DNA from: Candidatus Staskawiczbacteria bacterium RIFOXYC1_FULL_38_18
GTDB taxonomy: Bacteria; Patescibacteriota; Minisyncoccia; Minisyncoccales; Staskawiczbacteraceae
Assembly: GCA_001822095.1 (NCBI GenBank)
Contig: MHPP01000014.1
Coordinates: 1,662-65,661 of the forward strand
Direction of reading: 5' to 3'
DNA: 64,000 nucleotides
A model generated the notes under the pieces. It did not search any database, had not been told where the DNA came from, and saw only the letters and a program-made list of their open reading frames with translations. This document shows positions 1-10,108 of this stretch, one piece after another; position 1 is the stretch's first letter; each line of letters starts with the position of its first letter. The translations under genes and the position numbers were made by a program.

Positions 1-1
1 C

Positions 2-685
2 AAGGAAAAAATTTATAGCGAAAGTAACAGAGCCTTAAATGCCGATATTTGGGCAGAGAGCATAACCGTGCGCAGAAATTATGTTTCTTTTATTGCAAAA
101 AATAAGGCTGGCGAGTTGGCTGACTTTAAGGCGAATGTTTTGGGAAAACAAAATGTGCAAAATCTTTTAGGGGCTGTTTTAGTGGCGAAGGAACTAGGGA
201 TGAGCTTTGGAGAAATTTCAGACGCAATGACGCATATAAAACAAGAGCAGGCGGGAATGGTTTTGAAACAGGGGAAACACGGAATTGATATTATAGACTC
301 GTCATATTCTGCAAACCCGGACGGAGTTTTTGCTGATTTGGATTATTTAAATATTTTTGGCAACCCTTCGACGGGCTCAGGGCAGGCTAAAAAAATAATT
401 GTTATGCCCTGTTTGATTGAACTTGGAGAAAAATCAAAAATAATACACGAACAAATTGGCAAAAAAATCGGCAAAGTTTGCGGAATGGCTATTATAACGA
501 GCAAGGATGATTTTGAGCAATTGAAAAGGGGCGTAATGGAATCGGGCATGAAAGAAAGCAATATTTTATTTTTAGAAAAACCGGCCGAAATATATTCGGT
601 AATTACGCTTTTTTGCAAATCCGGCGACGCAATTTTACTTGAAGGCCGAGTCCCAAATAAATTAATTGAGCTATTACTAGGTTGA
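2..685 (+). CDS. murF: Mur ligase, MurF-like, C-terminal part (5' end outside window)
   Basis: Frame open from position 2; LGKQNVQN, IIDSSYSANPDG (DxYNANP-like) and ELGE motifs; contains in-frame PSTGSGQA repeat insertion. Confidence 0.8.
   Translation, partial: KEKIYSESNRALNADIWAESITVRRNYVSFIAKNKAGELADFKANVLGKQNVQNLLGAVLVAKELGMSFGEISDAMTHIKQEQAGMVLKQGKHGIDIIDSSYSANPDGVFADLDYLNIFGNPSTGSGQAKKIIVMPCLIELGEKSKIIHEQIGKKIGKVCGMAIITSKDDFEQLKRGVMESGMKESNILFLEKPAEIYSVITLFCKSGDAILLEGRVPNKLIELLLG
364..387 (+). repeat. REP-like palindromic element CCCTTCGACGGGCTCAGGGCAGGC, in frame in murF
   Basis: 23/24 identical to 3442-3465; both read PSTGSGQA. Confidence 0.85.
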
Positions 686-1938
686 GGAATTATTTTAAAC
701 CCATATCAATCTCACTTTCGCCGAATGTGGAAAAAGACGACGTAGCGCTCGCCTTAAATTTGCTTATACGGCCATGGCTTTGGAGAAAAGGAAAGGGGAT
801 TAAAGAGCTGGAGGAGAGCTTTAAAAATTATCTTGGCGTAAAATACGCTTTTAGTTTTAACTCAGGCAGAAGCTCGCTATACGCAATTCTTAAAGCTTTA
901 GAACTCCAGAAAGGGGATGAAGTTTTGTTGCAGGCGTTTACATGCAACGCAGTACCAAACCCCATTTTATGGGTGGGTTTAGAGCCGGTTTATGTTGATT
1001 GTTCAACGGAGGACTTTAATATAAATTTGGATGACTTAAAGGCTAAAATTAGCCCCAAAACCAGGGTTTTAGTAGTTCAGCACACATTTGGAATGCCGGC
1101 CAATATGGACGAAATTAGGGCTATCTGCGAGGCTAAGAATATTATATTAATAGAGGACTGCGCCCATGCGCTTGGAGCTGATATTAATGGCTTTAAGGTT
1201 GGAACTTTTGGCAAGGCATCATTTTTCAGTTTTTCCAGAGACAAGGTTATTTCATCGGTTTATGGAGGAATGGTTGCAACAAATGATCCTTCTCTCGCCG
1301 AAAAAATCAGGCGAGCTCAGGACAAATTTGGAAGCCCAAATTCGCTCTGGGTTTTTCAGCAGATTTTGCATCCGATTTTGTTAAACTTTATAATTTTGCC
1401 GGTTTATAGCTTTTTAGATTTGGGAAAAATTATTCTGGTTGCCTCGCAGGTTTTCCATGTTTTATCGAAGGCCGTGAGTTGGCAGGAAAAGAGAGGATTG
1501 AGGCCTGGTTATTTCCCAAACGCCTTGCCAAATGCAATAGCTATGATGGCAATAAACCAGCTCAAAAAAATAGAAAAATTTAAAACTCACCGCCAAAAAG
1601 TTGCAGATTATTATTTTAAGGAATTGGCGGGAACTAAATTTGAATTGCCCAAAATTTATGATAATAAAAATAATATATATTTACGGTTCAGTGTGAAACA
1701 TAAAGACGCACACGAGATAATTTATGAAGCCTGGCACAAACAAAATATTTTATTGGGGGACTGGTATACAACCCCAATTGCGCCGTTTGATACAAAAATT
1801 GAAGAGATGAAATATATAATGGGAATGTGCAAAAATGCGGAATATTTGGCAAAACACACGCTAAACCTGCCCACACACATAAATATTAAAAAAGAGGACG
1901 CAGAACGGATAGTGGGTTTTTTAAAAAAATGGAAATAA
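682..1938 (+). CDS. DegT/DnrJ/EryC1/StrS family PLP-dependent aminotransferase
   Basis: FNSGRSSL, VVQHTFG, IEDCAHALG, SFSRDK (PLP lysine), LNLPTH. Confidence 0.9.
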   Translation: MRNYFKPISISLSPNVEKDDVALALNLLIRPWLWRKGKGIKELEESFKNYLGVKYAFSFNSGRSSLYAILKALELQKGDEVLLQAFTCNAVPNPILWVGLEPVYVDCSTEDFNINLDDLKAKISPKTRVLVVQHTFGMPANMDEIRAICEAKNIILIEDCAHALGADINGFKVGTFGKASFFSFSRDKVISSVYGGMVATNDPSLAEKIRRAQDKFGSPNSLWVFQQILHPILLNFIILPVYSFLDLGKIILVASQVFHVLSKAVSWQEKRGLRPGYFPNALPNAIAMMAINQLKKIEKFKTHRQKVADYYFKELAGTKFELPKIYDNKNNIYLRFSVKHKDAHEIIYEAWHKQNILLGDWYTTPIAPFDTKIEEMKYIMGMCKNAEYLAKHTLNLPTHINIKKEDAERIVGFLKKWK

Positions 1939-2990
1939 GAGAAATTACAAATAAAGACGAGTGGGAAGATTTTTTGGGGGGTTGTACAGAAAAAACTTTT
2001 TTGCAATCGTGGAATTGGGGAGAATTTTGTGCCCCAGGCGCACCAGCCTCGGGCTTGAATTTGGGAAATAAAATTTGGAGGTTTGGGATTTTTGACAACG
2101 AAAAATTAGTTTCGGTTGCGATGGCAATAAAGGTTTTAGCTAAACGGGGTACGTTTTTATTTATTCCCCACGGTCCGGTTTTTAGCGAGAGTTCGAATAT
2201 TGCTGGTAAAAAGCAAATCTTAGAACTTATAATTATCAGGCTAGACGAAATCGCAAAAGAGGAGAAAGCGAGCTTTATAAGAATTTCCCCATTGCTTTTA
2301 AAAAACGAAGAAAATAACCGTATATTTGAGGATTTAAATTTTAGGCCGTCCCCGATGCACTCATCGGCATATGAAGCCACATGGAAACTGGATATTTTTT
2401 TTGAAGAAGGCGAGTTGCTAAAAAATATGCGCAAAACCACGCGCTACTTGATTAGAAAGGCCACTGAAAATCAGGATATTTCAATTGAAATAAGTGCCGA
2501 CCCCATAAATATTGAGGTTTATCAAAAACTGAATAAGGCGGTTTCAAAACGCCAGAATTTTATTCCGTTTTCGGACAGCTCAATTAAAAATGAATTTGAG
2601 ATTTTTAAAAAAGATAATCAGGCTGTCTTTTTGTTTGGCAAATATAAAGGCGAGACTGTTGCGGGGGCGATGGTTATATTCTGGCAGGGGATTGCCTATT
2701 ACCACCAGGCGGCATCTGTTGGGAAATATTCTAAATTCTCAATTCCGTATTTACTGCAATGGCGGGCAATTTTAGAGGCTAAAAGACGAGGCTGTAAAAT
2801 TTACGACTTCTGGGGATTTACTGACCCGGAAAAATTTCCCCATCACCCGTGGGCAGGGCCCACGTTGTTTAAAATGGGCTTTGGAGGGTATAAGGAAGAG
2901 TATGTGCAGACCCAAGATTTTGTTTTGTCGCCAAAATATTGGTTTAATTATATAATAGAATTAATCCGCGCCAAAAGACGCGGGTTATAA
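1929..2990 (+). CDS. FemAB/FemX-like peptidoglycan bridge aminoacyltransferase
   Basis: FLQSWNWG, PHGPV, MRKTTRYLIRKA, YDFWG, FKMGFGG. Confidence 0.9.
   Translation: MEIREITNKDEWEDFLGGCTEKTFLQSWNWGEFCAPGAPASGLNLGNKIWRFGIFDNEKLVSVAMAIKVLAKRGTFLFIPHGPVFSESSNIAGKKQILELIIIRLDEIAKEEKASFIRISPLLLKNEENNRIFEDLNFRPSPMHSSAYEATWKLDIFFEEGELLKNMRKTTRYLIRKATENQDISIEISADPINIEVYQKLNKAVSKRQNFIPFSDSSIKNEFEIFKKDNQAVFLFGKYKGETVAGAMVIFWQGIAYYHQAASVGKYSKFSIPYLLQWRAILEAKRRGCKIYDFWGFTDPEKFPHHPWAGPTLFKMGFGGYKEEYVQTQDFVLSPKYWFNYIIELIRAKRRGL
2031..2054 (+). repeat. GC-rich hairpin GCCCCAGGCGCACCAGCCTCGGGC inside femAB-like gene
   Basis: Stem GCCC-c-AGGC/GCCT-c-GGGC, 24 bp; lies in the CAPGAPASGL stretch between WGEF and GNKIWR. 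Confidence 0.55.
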
Positions 2991-3025
2991 TTAAAAATTT
3001 AAAATTTTAAATTTAAAATTCGCCT

Positions 3026-3874
3026 GTGTCATACAGAAAATATCACATAAAAAATAAAATCCACAGGATAAAGCCCCAAAAGCCAATTTTTGTAAATCTT
3101 TGGTTTTGGATTGTAATTCTAATTATAATAATTTTTTTGACCTTAGTGTATTTTTTGTTTTTTTACCCCGGATTTCAGGTGCAGAATATTATAATATCGG
3201 GCAACCAAAAAGTGGAAACTCTTCAGTTGCAAAACGTTGTGTCCCGAGAAGTTAACCGGAAAATTTTTGCACTGGGGCCGATTCGTGTTTTTTCAAAAAG
3301 TATTTTATTCGTTGACAAAAATTCTTTAACTACAGGGCTCTTGAAGGATTTTCCGGCAATTGACACCCTGGCAATAAAAATAAAATTCCCTCATACGCTG
3401 GCATTGGATATTTTTGAAAGAAAGCCAGTGGGAATTTTTTGCCCTTCGACAGGCTCAGGGCAGGCGAGCGAGAGGTGCTTTTTTGTAGACGGGGCGGGGA
3501 TTATTTTTGAGGAGCTATCGGGAATTCCCGATAACATGTTTATCGTGCGACAGGAAAAAACAAACGGCCTGGAGGCAGTTGAGGGACAGAATGTGGTGGG
3601 ACAAGACGTCATTGATGCGATTTTAAAAATCCAGAAAGAGCTAACCGATAAATTCAAAATAAATATAAAAGAGGCGCTCGTTGCCACGCCCATACGGCTG
3701 GATATCAAAACAGGGGAGGGGTGGCAGATTTATTTTGACCTTTCTTCGGGCCTCGGCATAGATATGCAGGTGGCAAAATTGAATTTACTTTTAAAAAATG
3801 ACATAACTCCCCATGTTCGTAAAACATTGCAGTATATCGATTTGAGATTCAAAGACAGAGCATACTACAAATAA
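3026..3874 (+). CDS. ftsQ: Cell division protein FtsQ/DivIB
   Basis: Basic N-terminus, one TM, POTRA-like IIISGNQKV...KFPHTL...ERKP, C-terminal YIDLRF. Confidence 0.8.
   Translation: MSYRKYHIKNKIHRIKPQKPIFVNLWFWIVILIIIIFLTLVYFLFFYPGFQVQNIIISGNQKVETLQLQNVVSREVNRKIFALGPIRVFSKSILFVDKNSLTTGLLKDFPAIDTLAIKIKFPHTLALDIFERKPVGIFCPSTGSGQASERCFFVDGAGIIFEELSGIPDNMFIVRQEKTNGLEAVEGQNVVGQDVIDAILKIQKELTDKFKINIKEALVATPIRLDIKTGEGWQIYFDLSSGLGIDMQVAKLNLLLKNDITPHVRKTLQYIDLRFKDRAYYK
3442..3465 (+). repeat. REP-like palindromic element CCCTTCGACAGGCTCAGGGCAGGC, in frame in ftsQ
   Basis: Near-identical to 364-387. Confidence 0.85.
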
Positions 3875-3877
3875 TAC

Positions 3878-3906
3878 TTGACAGGGAATGGTTGTTGTGA
3901 TATAAT
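3878..3906 (+). promoter_or_regulatory. Sigma70 promoter TTGACA-17-TATAAT
   Basis: Perfect consensus 11 nt upstream of ATG 3918. Confidence 0.8.
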
Positions 3907-3917
3907 CAAGTATAGGC

Positions 3918-4817
3918 ATGAATTACGAATTAGGAGAATTTAGGCTTGATGTACAGAATGTGAGGAAATTTTTGTTAAGCAATATTTTGCTGTATTGCGC
4001 TGTTTTGCTTTTGGTTTTAAAGATTGCCCTTATTGGCGTCTCGCTAAACATTCCATTTAACATATTTTTTGCCGATATTACAAAAATAACGCTGGAAAAT
4101 TTGGCCAACCAAACAAGGCAATCGCTGGGTTTGGGCGTATTAATCCGTAGCCAAAAATTGGACGAAGCCGCCAAACTAAAGGCGGAAGATATGGTAAAAA
4201 ATGGGTATTTTGAGCACACAAGCCCAACAGGAGTTTCTCCGTGGTTTTGGTTTTCAAAAACAAGATATGACTATAAGTATGCTGGAGAGAATTTGGCAAT
4301 CGGATTTTACGACTCAACAGAGGTTTACAATGCCTGGCTGGATTCTCCCGCGCATAAGGCCAATTTGCTAAACCCCAACTATAAGGAATTTGGCACAGCG
4401 ATAGCGGGAGGATTTGGAAACAATAATACGGTTGTTGTTGTCCAGCTTTTTGGAAGCCCCAAACCCGAGATAGCATCTCCGGAAAAAAATTCAGTTGCTG
4501 TAAAATCTCCGGAAGCCGTGCAGCAACCCAAGCCCATAATTGAGCCAAAGGAGATTTTGCCTGAAAAGGTTTTGTCGCAATCAACCCAGGAGATCAAACC
4601 ATTTGAGGGCGCAACAAAGCTAGTCCAGGATATTATTTTTGGCGTATCTTTGGTTGTTATTGGCGCATTGCTGTTTTTACTGCTTTTTAGCACGGATTTT
4701 AAGACAGATAAAAAGCTTGTCCTTAGGCCACTGGCTATTTTAATTTTTTTGGGATTTTCATCTATTATTAATAAAGACTTGATAATTTTAATAATTCCGC
4801 ACCAGCTTATAATATAA
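3918..4817 (+). CDS. CAP/SCP domain membrane protein
   Basis: YFEHTSP, YAGENLA, WLDSPAHKANLL; N- and C-terminal TM segments. Confidence 0.9.
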   Translation: MNYELGEFRLDVQNVRKFLLSNILLYCAVLLLVLKIALIGVSLNIPFNIFFADITKITLENLANQTRQSLGLGVLIRSQKLDEAAKLKAEDMVKNGYFEHTSPTGVSPWFWFSKTRYDYKYAGENLAIGFYDSTEVYNAWLDSPAHKANLLNPNYKEFGTAIAGGFGNNNTVVVVQLFGSPKPEIASPEKNSVAVKSPEAVQQPKPIIEPKEILPEKVLSQSTQEIKPFEGATKLVQDIIFGVSLVVIGALLFLLLFSTDFKTDKKLVLRPLAILIFLGFSSIINKDLIILIIPHQLII

Positions 4818-4819
4818 AA

Positions 4820-5488
4820 ATGGATAATTTAAAAGCAAGAAAAATATTAAAATTTGCTATAGCTATCTACGTTGCCAGCTTTTTGGTTTTTAACTGGAAT
4901 AATGTTTCGTGGATTTTCAATTACAAGGCAGTTGGAGGAATTGTGAGTGATTTTTTTAATCCATACCCCAGCATATCGGCGTCATCCATGGGCGCATATT
5001 TCTACCCAAACCGTAATTCGGGATCTGGCTCAGGCCTGATGAACGTTAGAACAACCTACACCGATAAACAAAATACTCTTGAGATACCAAAATTATCCCT
5101 TTCTACGCCCATAATTTTTTCAGCCAGCACAGAAAAAAACGTTCTGGAGAAAGATCTTGAATCTGGAGTTATATATTATCCAGGCTCTGTGTATCCCGGG
5201 CAAGAGGGGCAAATTGTTATTTTGGGACATTCGGCGCCAGTAGGCTGGCCGGACATCAAATACCAATGGGTTTTTACAAAACTGAACGACCTGGTAGAGG
5301 GTGACGTAATCCTAATTAATCTAAACAACAAGCAATATACCTATATAGTAAGAAAAAAAACAATAATTAAAAAGGGGGCGGACGTGCCCGCGAGTGGAGC
5401 TACAAACACCAACGAATTGGTTTTGGTGAGTTGCTGGCCTCCAGGGAAAGATTATCAGCGAATTGCGGTGCAAGCCGAGTTAAATTAA
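4820..5488 (+). CDS. Sortase
   Basis: N-terminal TM, ILGHS, LVSCWP and downstream R (His-Cys-Arg triad). Confidence 0.85.
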   Translation: MDNLKARKILKFAIAIYVASFLVFNWNNVSWIFNYKAVGGIVSDFFNPYPSISASSMGAYFYPNRNSGSGSGLMNVRTTYTDKQNTLEIPKLSLSTPIIFSASTEKNVLEKDLESGVIYYPGSVYPGQEGQIVILGHSAPVGWPDIKYQWVFTKLNDLVEGDVILINLNNKQYTYIVRKKTIIKKGADVPASGATNTNELVLVSCWPPGKDYQRIAVQAELN

Positions 5489-5557
5489 CATTGACATATT
5501 TTACATAACGTGATAATATCTAAAATAATTTAGTAAATAAAAAATTAACAAAAAAGT

Positions 5558-7090
5558 ATGAAAAACGCACAAAAAATATTAATCATATCAATTTTAACAA
5601 TATTAATTGCCGGGGGCTTTGTGTTGCCGACAGATGAAGCTGTCGCAAGCGTGTCTTGCGCCAACGGAACAACTCTGACTGCGCAGGAGCTTTACAATGC
5701 CGTATGGTCGGGGAAGTTAATAGCAACTTTTTCCGAACAGCCCGGCCAGGTGGTGGCAAGCGTAAATAATTTAACAGGTTGCACCGCGCCGGTGATCGGA
5801 GCGTCATACAAAATGTATAATGCCTATGGAACCCCAGGCTGGCTTGATACTCAGCAATATATAGGCTCGTCAGTCATGGTAAATATTAATGCCAACGGAA
5901 TAACCACCATAACTGTTCCAGTTGCGTCATGCAGAACTCAGGTTGATTTGTGGTATCAAGCTGCTCCTCAACAGCTTTATGATAGCGTGGATTATGGATC
6001 TTATCTTGACGCAAATTACGCGTTTGCCGCATATGCAACTCAAACCGCGCTTTGTACCGCCACCCCGGTTTGCACGCCTAGCTGGCAAACCGGAGCCTGG
6101 GGAGAGTGCATTAACGGATATCAGACAAGAACAGTAACTGACGCAAATGCTTGCGGAGTTGAAACCAGCAAGCCATCCACAACTCAATCTTGCGCGGTTG
6201 CGCCAGTAATAACTCCACCAGCTCAAACCCAAACTCAGACCCAAACCCAGGTAAACACTCAGACAGTATATGTAAACACAACAGGAGGTGGAAATAACAA
6301 TACTTGCTCAAACCACGCATACCAAAGATGCTCGGGTAGCAATTTGTATTGGTATGACTCGTGCGGAAACCAGCAAGAATATCAGTATTGCCCAAACGGG
6401 TGCTATAACAACGCGTGCCAAAATTATACAAACACCTACGGAAGCCTGACAATTAATAAGACTGTCAGAAATCTCGCTTCAGGCAGTACAAATTTTGCAA
6501 GTTCGGTTTATGCCAATCCGTTGGACACGCTTATGTTTATGATAACTCTGCAGGCAAACGGAAATCAGAATATGCAAAATGTTTTTGTAAGGGATTATTT
6601 CCCCGCCAACTTAATTTACCAGAACCAGCTTATAGTTTCAGGAGGAAGCAATTACTACAATAATAATTCAGGGAATATTGTTTCAGGGATTAATATAGGC
6701 ACAATATCAAGCGGTCAGACAGCTACAATAACCTATCAGGCGCAGGTTGCCTCCGCTCAAAATTTTGCCTATGGCGCGACAACATTGAATAACAGCGCCT
6801 CTGCAACAAGCTCGGTTGGAAGCACCCCAACAGCCTCTGCCTCTGTAATTGTTAATAGGGCGGCGGTTTATGGGGCAAGCGCCATTTCAACAGGCTTAAC
6901 AAATAATTTTTTGGTTGATTCCTTTTTCTTGCCATTAATGATTACCCTGCTTGGCATTTTGATGTTAAAATCAGGAATGTTTGCCGGAGCCGAGAAATGG
7001 TTCTATGCCAGAAAGAAAAATGGAAGAGAATTTAGAGCCAGCAGAGAATTAAGCAAGAAAATTTCGGAAATTAGAAAATTTGGAAGCTAA
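5558..7090 (+). CDS. Cys-rich exported surface protein (TSP1-like segment, DUF11-like Ig domain, C-terminal TM and basic tail)
   Basis: Signal peptide; CTPSWQTGAWGECINGYQTRTVTD; TQ repeat; LTINKTV..NVFVRDYFP; AISTG followed by TM and RKK. Confidence 0.7.
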   Translation: MKNAQKILIISILTILIAGGFVLPTDEAVASVSCANGTTLTAQELYNAVWSGKLIATFSEQPGQVVASVNNLTGCTAPVIGASYKMYNAYGTPGWLDTQQYIGSSVMVNINANGITTITVPVASCRTQVDLWYQAAPQQLYDSVDYGSYLDANYAFAAYATQTALCTATPVCTPSWQTGAWGECINGYQTRTVTDANACGVETSKPSTTQSCAVAPVITPPAQTQTQTQTQVNTQTVYVNTTGGGNNNTCSNHAYQRCSGSNLYWYDSCGNQQEYQYCPNGCYNNACQNYTNTYGSLTINKTVRNLASGSTNFASSVYANPLDTLMFMITLQANGNQNMQNVFVRDYFPANLIYQNQLIVSGGSNYYNNNSGNIVSGINIGTISSGQTATITYQAQVASAQNFAYGATTLNNSASATSSVGSTPTASASVIVNRAAVYGASAISTGLTNNFLVDSFFLPLMITLLGILMLKSGMFAGAEKWFYARKKNGREFRASRELSKKISEIRKFGS

Positions 7091-7157
7091 AAATTAAAAA
7101 GCTAATTTTGCCAGAAGGCGTGCAAAAGCGCCTTTTTGGCTGTATAATCAAAGTCAT

Positions 7158-7526
7158 ATGACGCACGAAGAATTCGCAAAATTAGTGGGAGAAGCGATTG
7201 ATTCAATTGACGAAAAATTTTTGAAAAAATTAAAAAATGTGGAAATAGTTATTGAAGACGACCCCACGCCAGAGCAATTGCAGAAACTTAGCTTACGGGG
7301 AGGCACGCTTCTTGGATTATACGAGGGCATACCTCAAATAAAAAGAGAGCAGTACGCAAATGTTTTGCCCGATAAAATAACGATTTTTAAAAATTCTATT
7401 GAGAAGGTTTATTCCAGCCCGGAAACCATAAAAAAAGCAGTGAAAGACACTGTTTGGCACGAAATAGCTCATCACTTTGGAATGGACGAGCACCAAGTCC
7501 GAAAAGCTGAACAAAAACGCAAATAA
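7158..7526 (+). CDS. Zincin-like metallopeptidase (DUF1025-type)
   Basis: LLGLYEG, PDKITIF, HEIAHHFG. Confidence 0.85.
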   Translation: MTHEEFAKLVGEAIDSIDEKFLKKLKNVEIVIEDDPTPEQLQKLSLRGGTLLGLYEGIPQIKREQYANVLPDKITIFKNSIEKVYSSPETIKKAVKDTVWHEIAHHFGMDEHQVRKAEQKRK

Positions 7527-8126
7527 TTATTTGCGGCCTTCAAGCGCAGATTCCAAAGTTTCCTCGTCAGCGTATTCAAGTTCTCCGCCAACGGGTATGC
7601 CCTTTGCCAGATGGGTGATTTTTACATCAGAAGTAATTTCTTTTATAGAGTTTTCAACCAATACAGAAGTTGCCCTGCCTTCGGGGGTGGGATTTAGCGC
7701 AATAATTATCTCAGAAAAATTGCCGTCTTTAATGCGTTTTTTCAATTCCTCAATTCTTAAAATTGGAATATCTTCTTTTCTCATTAGCGAAACCGTTCCG
7801 CCCAAAATAAAATAAAGCCCGTTGTATTTTTTAGTATTTTCAATAGACAATAAATCAGTTTCTTTTTCAACAACACAAAGCAAGTTTTTATTTCTTGATG
7901 GATTTTTGCAAATCTGGCATAAAACAGAATTATCATAGGGCTCAAAGGGATTAAAGCAAAGCTCACATAATTTTATTTTATTTTTTAATTCTTGAATTGC
8001 GCCAATCAGCTCGTCAACCCCTTCTTTGGGAAGCTTCATTAAGTAATAAACAAAACGGCCGGCTGTTCTTTGGCCAACCGTTGGAAATTTTTTAAAAATA
8101 TCTTTTAGTTTTTCTATGCTATCCAT
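7527..8126 (-). CDS. recR: Recombination mediator RecR
   Basis: HhH, C4 zinc finger, Toprim (LCVVE, EGRAT, GIPVGGELEYAD). Confidence 0.95.
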   Translation of the reverse strand: MDSIEKLKDIFKKFPTVGQRTAGRFVYYLMKLPKEGVDELIGAIQELKNKIKLCELCFNPFEPYDNSVLCQICKNPSRNKNLLCVVEKETDLLSIENTKKYNGLYFILGGTVSLMRKEDIPILRIEELKKRIKDGNFSEIIIALNPTPEGRATSVLVENSIKEITSDVKITHLAKGIPVGGELEYADEETLESALEGRK

Positions 8127-8129
8127 TTA

Positions 8130-9482
8130 TTAGTTTTCATTAGCATACTGACCTTTATCTAAATTTTTAAAACTTACTCTTTGCTTGTCAAAGAATAAAT
8201 CAACATATCCGGTAGCTCCATTTCTGTGTTTTTCAATTAGAATTTTTGCCATTCCCGGGTTTAGGCTGTTTTCATTATAGGCGTCTTCGCGGTAAATAAA
8301 CATAACCACATCAGCGTCTTGTTCAATTGCGCCAGATTCCCTTAAGTCTGACAATCTTGGAATTTGCGGAACGCGTGACTCAACAGCGCGGGATAATTGC
8401 GACAAAACCAAAACCGGCACGTTTAACTCCTTTGCCAAAATTTTTAAAGCCCTTGAGTTTTCGGAAACCTGCTGGACGGGCGAGGCGTATTTATTCATTG
8501 GCTGCATTAATTGCAAATAATCAATTACCAGTAAGGACAACCCTTTGTTTGCCTGCAGTCTGCGCGCCATTGCCCTCATTTGCAAAATATTTACAGAGCC
8601 GGCGTCATCAATATAAATAGGGGCTTCTGATAAAATTCCCATTGCATGCTGGATTCTTGAGTAGTCATCGTCCTTCAGATGCCCCGTCCTTAAATGCCAC
8701 GAATCAATGTTTGCCACGCTGGAAATCATCCTGTCGGCCAGCTGGTCTTTTGACATTTCTAAAGAAAACAATCCAACCGGCTGGTTTGTGCCAATAGCAA
8801 CATTTCTAGCAATATCCAAAGCCAGAGACGACTTGCCCATTGCCGGCCTTGCGGCTAAAATTATCAGGTCGGACTTTTGCAAACCCGCCAGCATATTGTC
8901 CAAATCCTTAAATCCTGTTGGGATTCCGCGCAAACCTCCGGACTGCTTTGAGAGCATGTCAAGCCTCTCAAATGTTTCGGGCAAGATGTCCTTTATGGGG
9001 GTGAAAGTTTGTGTTAATGCCCGTTGCCCAATTCCAAAAATTGTTTTTTCTGCCCTGTCAATTAAAACATCAACCTCTTCCTGTTCGTCGTCAAAAGCCG
9101 ATAAGCCAATTTCTTCAGAAGCTGAAATTAAGTCGCGTAAAATCTTTTTTTGGCGGACAATTTTTGCGTAATTTGAAACGTGAGTGGCTGTCGGTACGGT
9201 ATTTATAAGTGTTGTTAAATATGCCGAGCCTCCGGTTTCCTCCAGTCTTGTTTTTTCTTTTAATCTGGCGGAAACAGACAAAATATCAATTGGGTCGGAT
9301 CGTTCGTACAAATCAAACATTGCCTGGTAAATATCCTGATGTATGCCCTTATAAAAATCTTCTGCTTTTATAAAATCAACAATTTTTACAATAGCCTCCT
9401 TATCCAACATTAAGCAACCCAGCAAGCATTGTTCTGCTTCGGTATTTTGAGGGGGAAGTTTTACCGGCATTTCGTTGACCAT
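8130..9482 (-). CDS. dnaB: Replicative DNA helicase
   Basis: PPQNTEAE, ARPAMGKS, DYLQL, SQLSR, DLRESGAIEQDAD. Confidence 0.97.
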   Translation of the reverse strand: MVNEMPVKLPPQNTEAEQCLLGCLMLDKEAIVKIVDFIKAEDFYKGIHQDIYQAMFDLYERSDPIDILSVSARLKEKTRLEETGGSAYLTTLINTVPTATHVSNYAKIVRQKKILRDLISASEEIGLSAFDDEQEEVDVLIDRAEKTIFGIGQRALTQTFTPIKDILPETFERLDMLSKQSGGLRGIPTGFKDLDNMLAGLQKSDLIILAARPAMGKSSLALDIARNVAIGTNQPVGLFSLEMSKDQLADRMISSVANIDSWHLRTGHLKDDDYSRIQHAMGILSEAPIYIDDAGSVNILQMRAMARRLQANKGLSLLVIDYLQLMQPMNKYASPVQQVSENSRALKILAKELNVPVLVLSQLSRAVESRVPQIPRLSDLRESGAIEQDADVVMFIYREDAYNENSLNPGMAKILIEKHRNGATGYVDLFFDKQRVSFKNLDKGQYANEN

Positions 9483-9515
9483 ATTTCGTTAGTTTAGCAA
9501 AACCGAGAAAACAGA

Positions 9516-9552
9516 GCAAGGGCTTGACAATAAGATAGTATTATGATAGCAT
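9516..9552. promoter_or_regulatory. Back-to-back divergent promoters (GCAAGGGCTTGACA core)
   Basis: TTGACA 9524-9529 with TGnTAGCAT; same 14-bp core at 10820-10833. Confidence 0.55.
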
Positions 9553-9686
9553 AATTTTAGTACGTTGATTGTGGTCGGACATCGGCTTTTTCGGGCTTTA
9601 GGGTAAAAATGGACAGATATAAATTTAACCAGCGACGTTATGTTCTGGTTCTGTCCCCCGTGTCCCTTTTCCCGAGGAGGTGTGCG

Positions 9687-9944
9687 ATGAGTTCTGACCG
9701 AACGCTGGTTGGCAGTGGATTCGACCTTTTCTTGGCCGGACTGGCTTGCGGAGGGATCTCCGACGTCCAAGTCTGTGCAAGGGAAGAAACGATCCATGAT
9801 GGATGCTATCCCGGTTGCGGAGACGGCAGCTGTTGCAGCCAATTGAGGATTGCCACCTTTAGGACCTCGTCTGGAAAGATTATGGTTCTGGAGGAATACC
9901 TCGACGAGGACAACAAGGTTCAACTGAGCTTTTACCCTCTTTGA
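9687..9944 (+). CDS. GC-rich Cys-containing hypothetical protein (alternative start 9609)
   Basis: ORF with strong SD GAGGAGG at 9674-9680 before ATG 9687. Confidence 0.5.
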   Translation: MSSDRTLVGSGFDLFLAGLACGGISDVQVCAREETIHDGCYPGCGDGSCCSQLRIATFRTSSGKIMVLEEYLDEDNKVQLSFYPL

Positions 9945-10108
9945 GAGCAATTTTCAGCCAGCACAAAAAGAGCAACCCACTCTATAAAATGGGCAGTAAT
10001 TCTTCGGGGAAGTGCCGAAGCGCTGGAGACGGCGGACACATCTAAGGGAGATTAGGTTCTCCTTTTGTTTCACAAAATTTATTTTGCACTGAACTAGTCG
10101 TAATATTC

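Noticed and set aside
9960-10070. Possible structured RNA or tiny ORF after the 9687 gene
   Set aside because: Only short hairpins, one probably a terminator; no recognisable family
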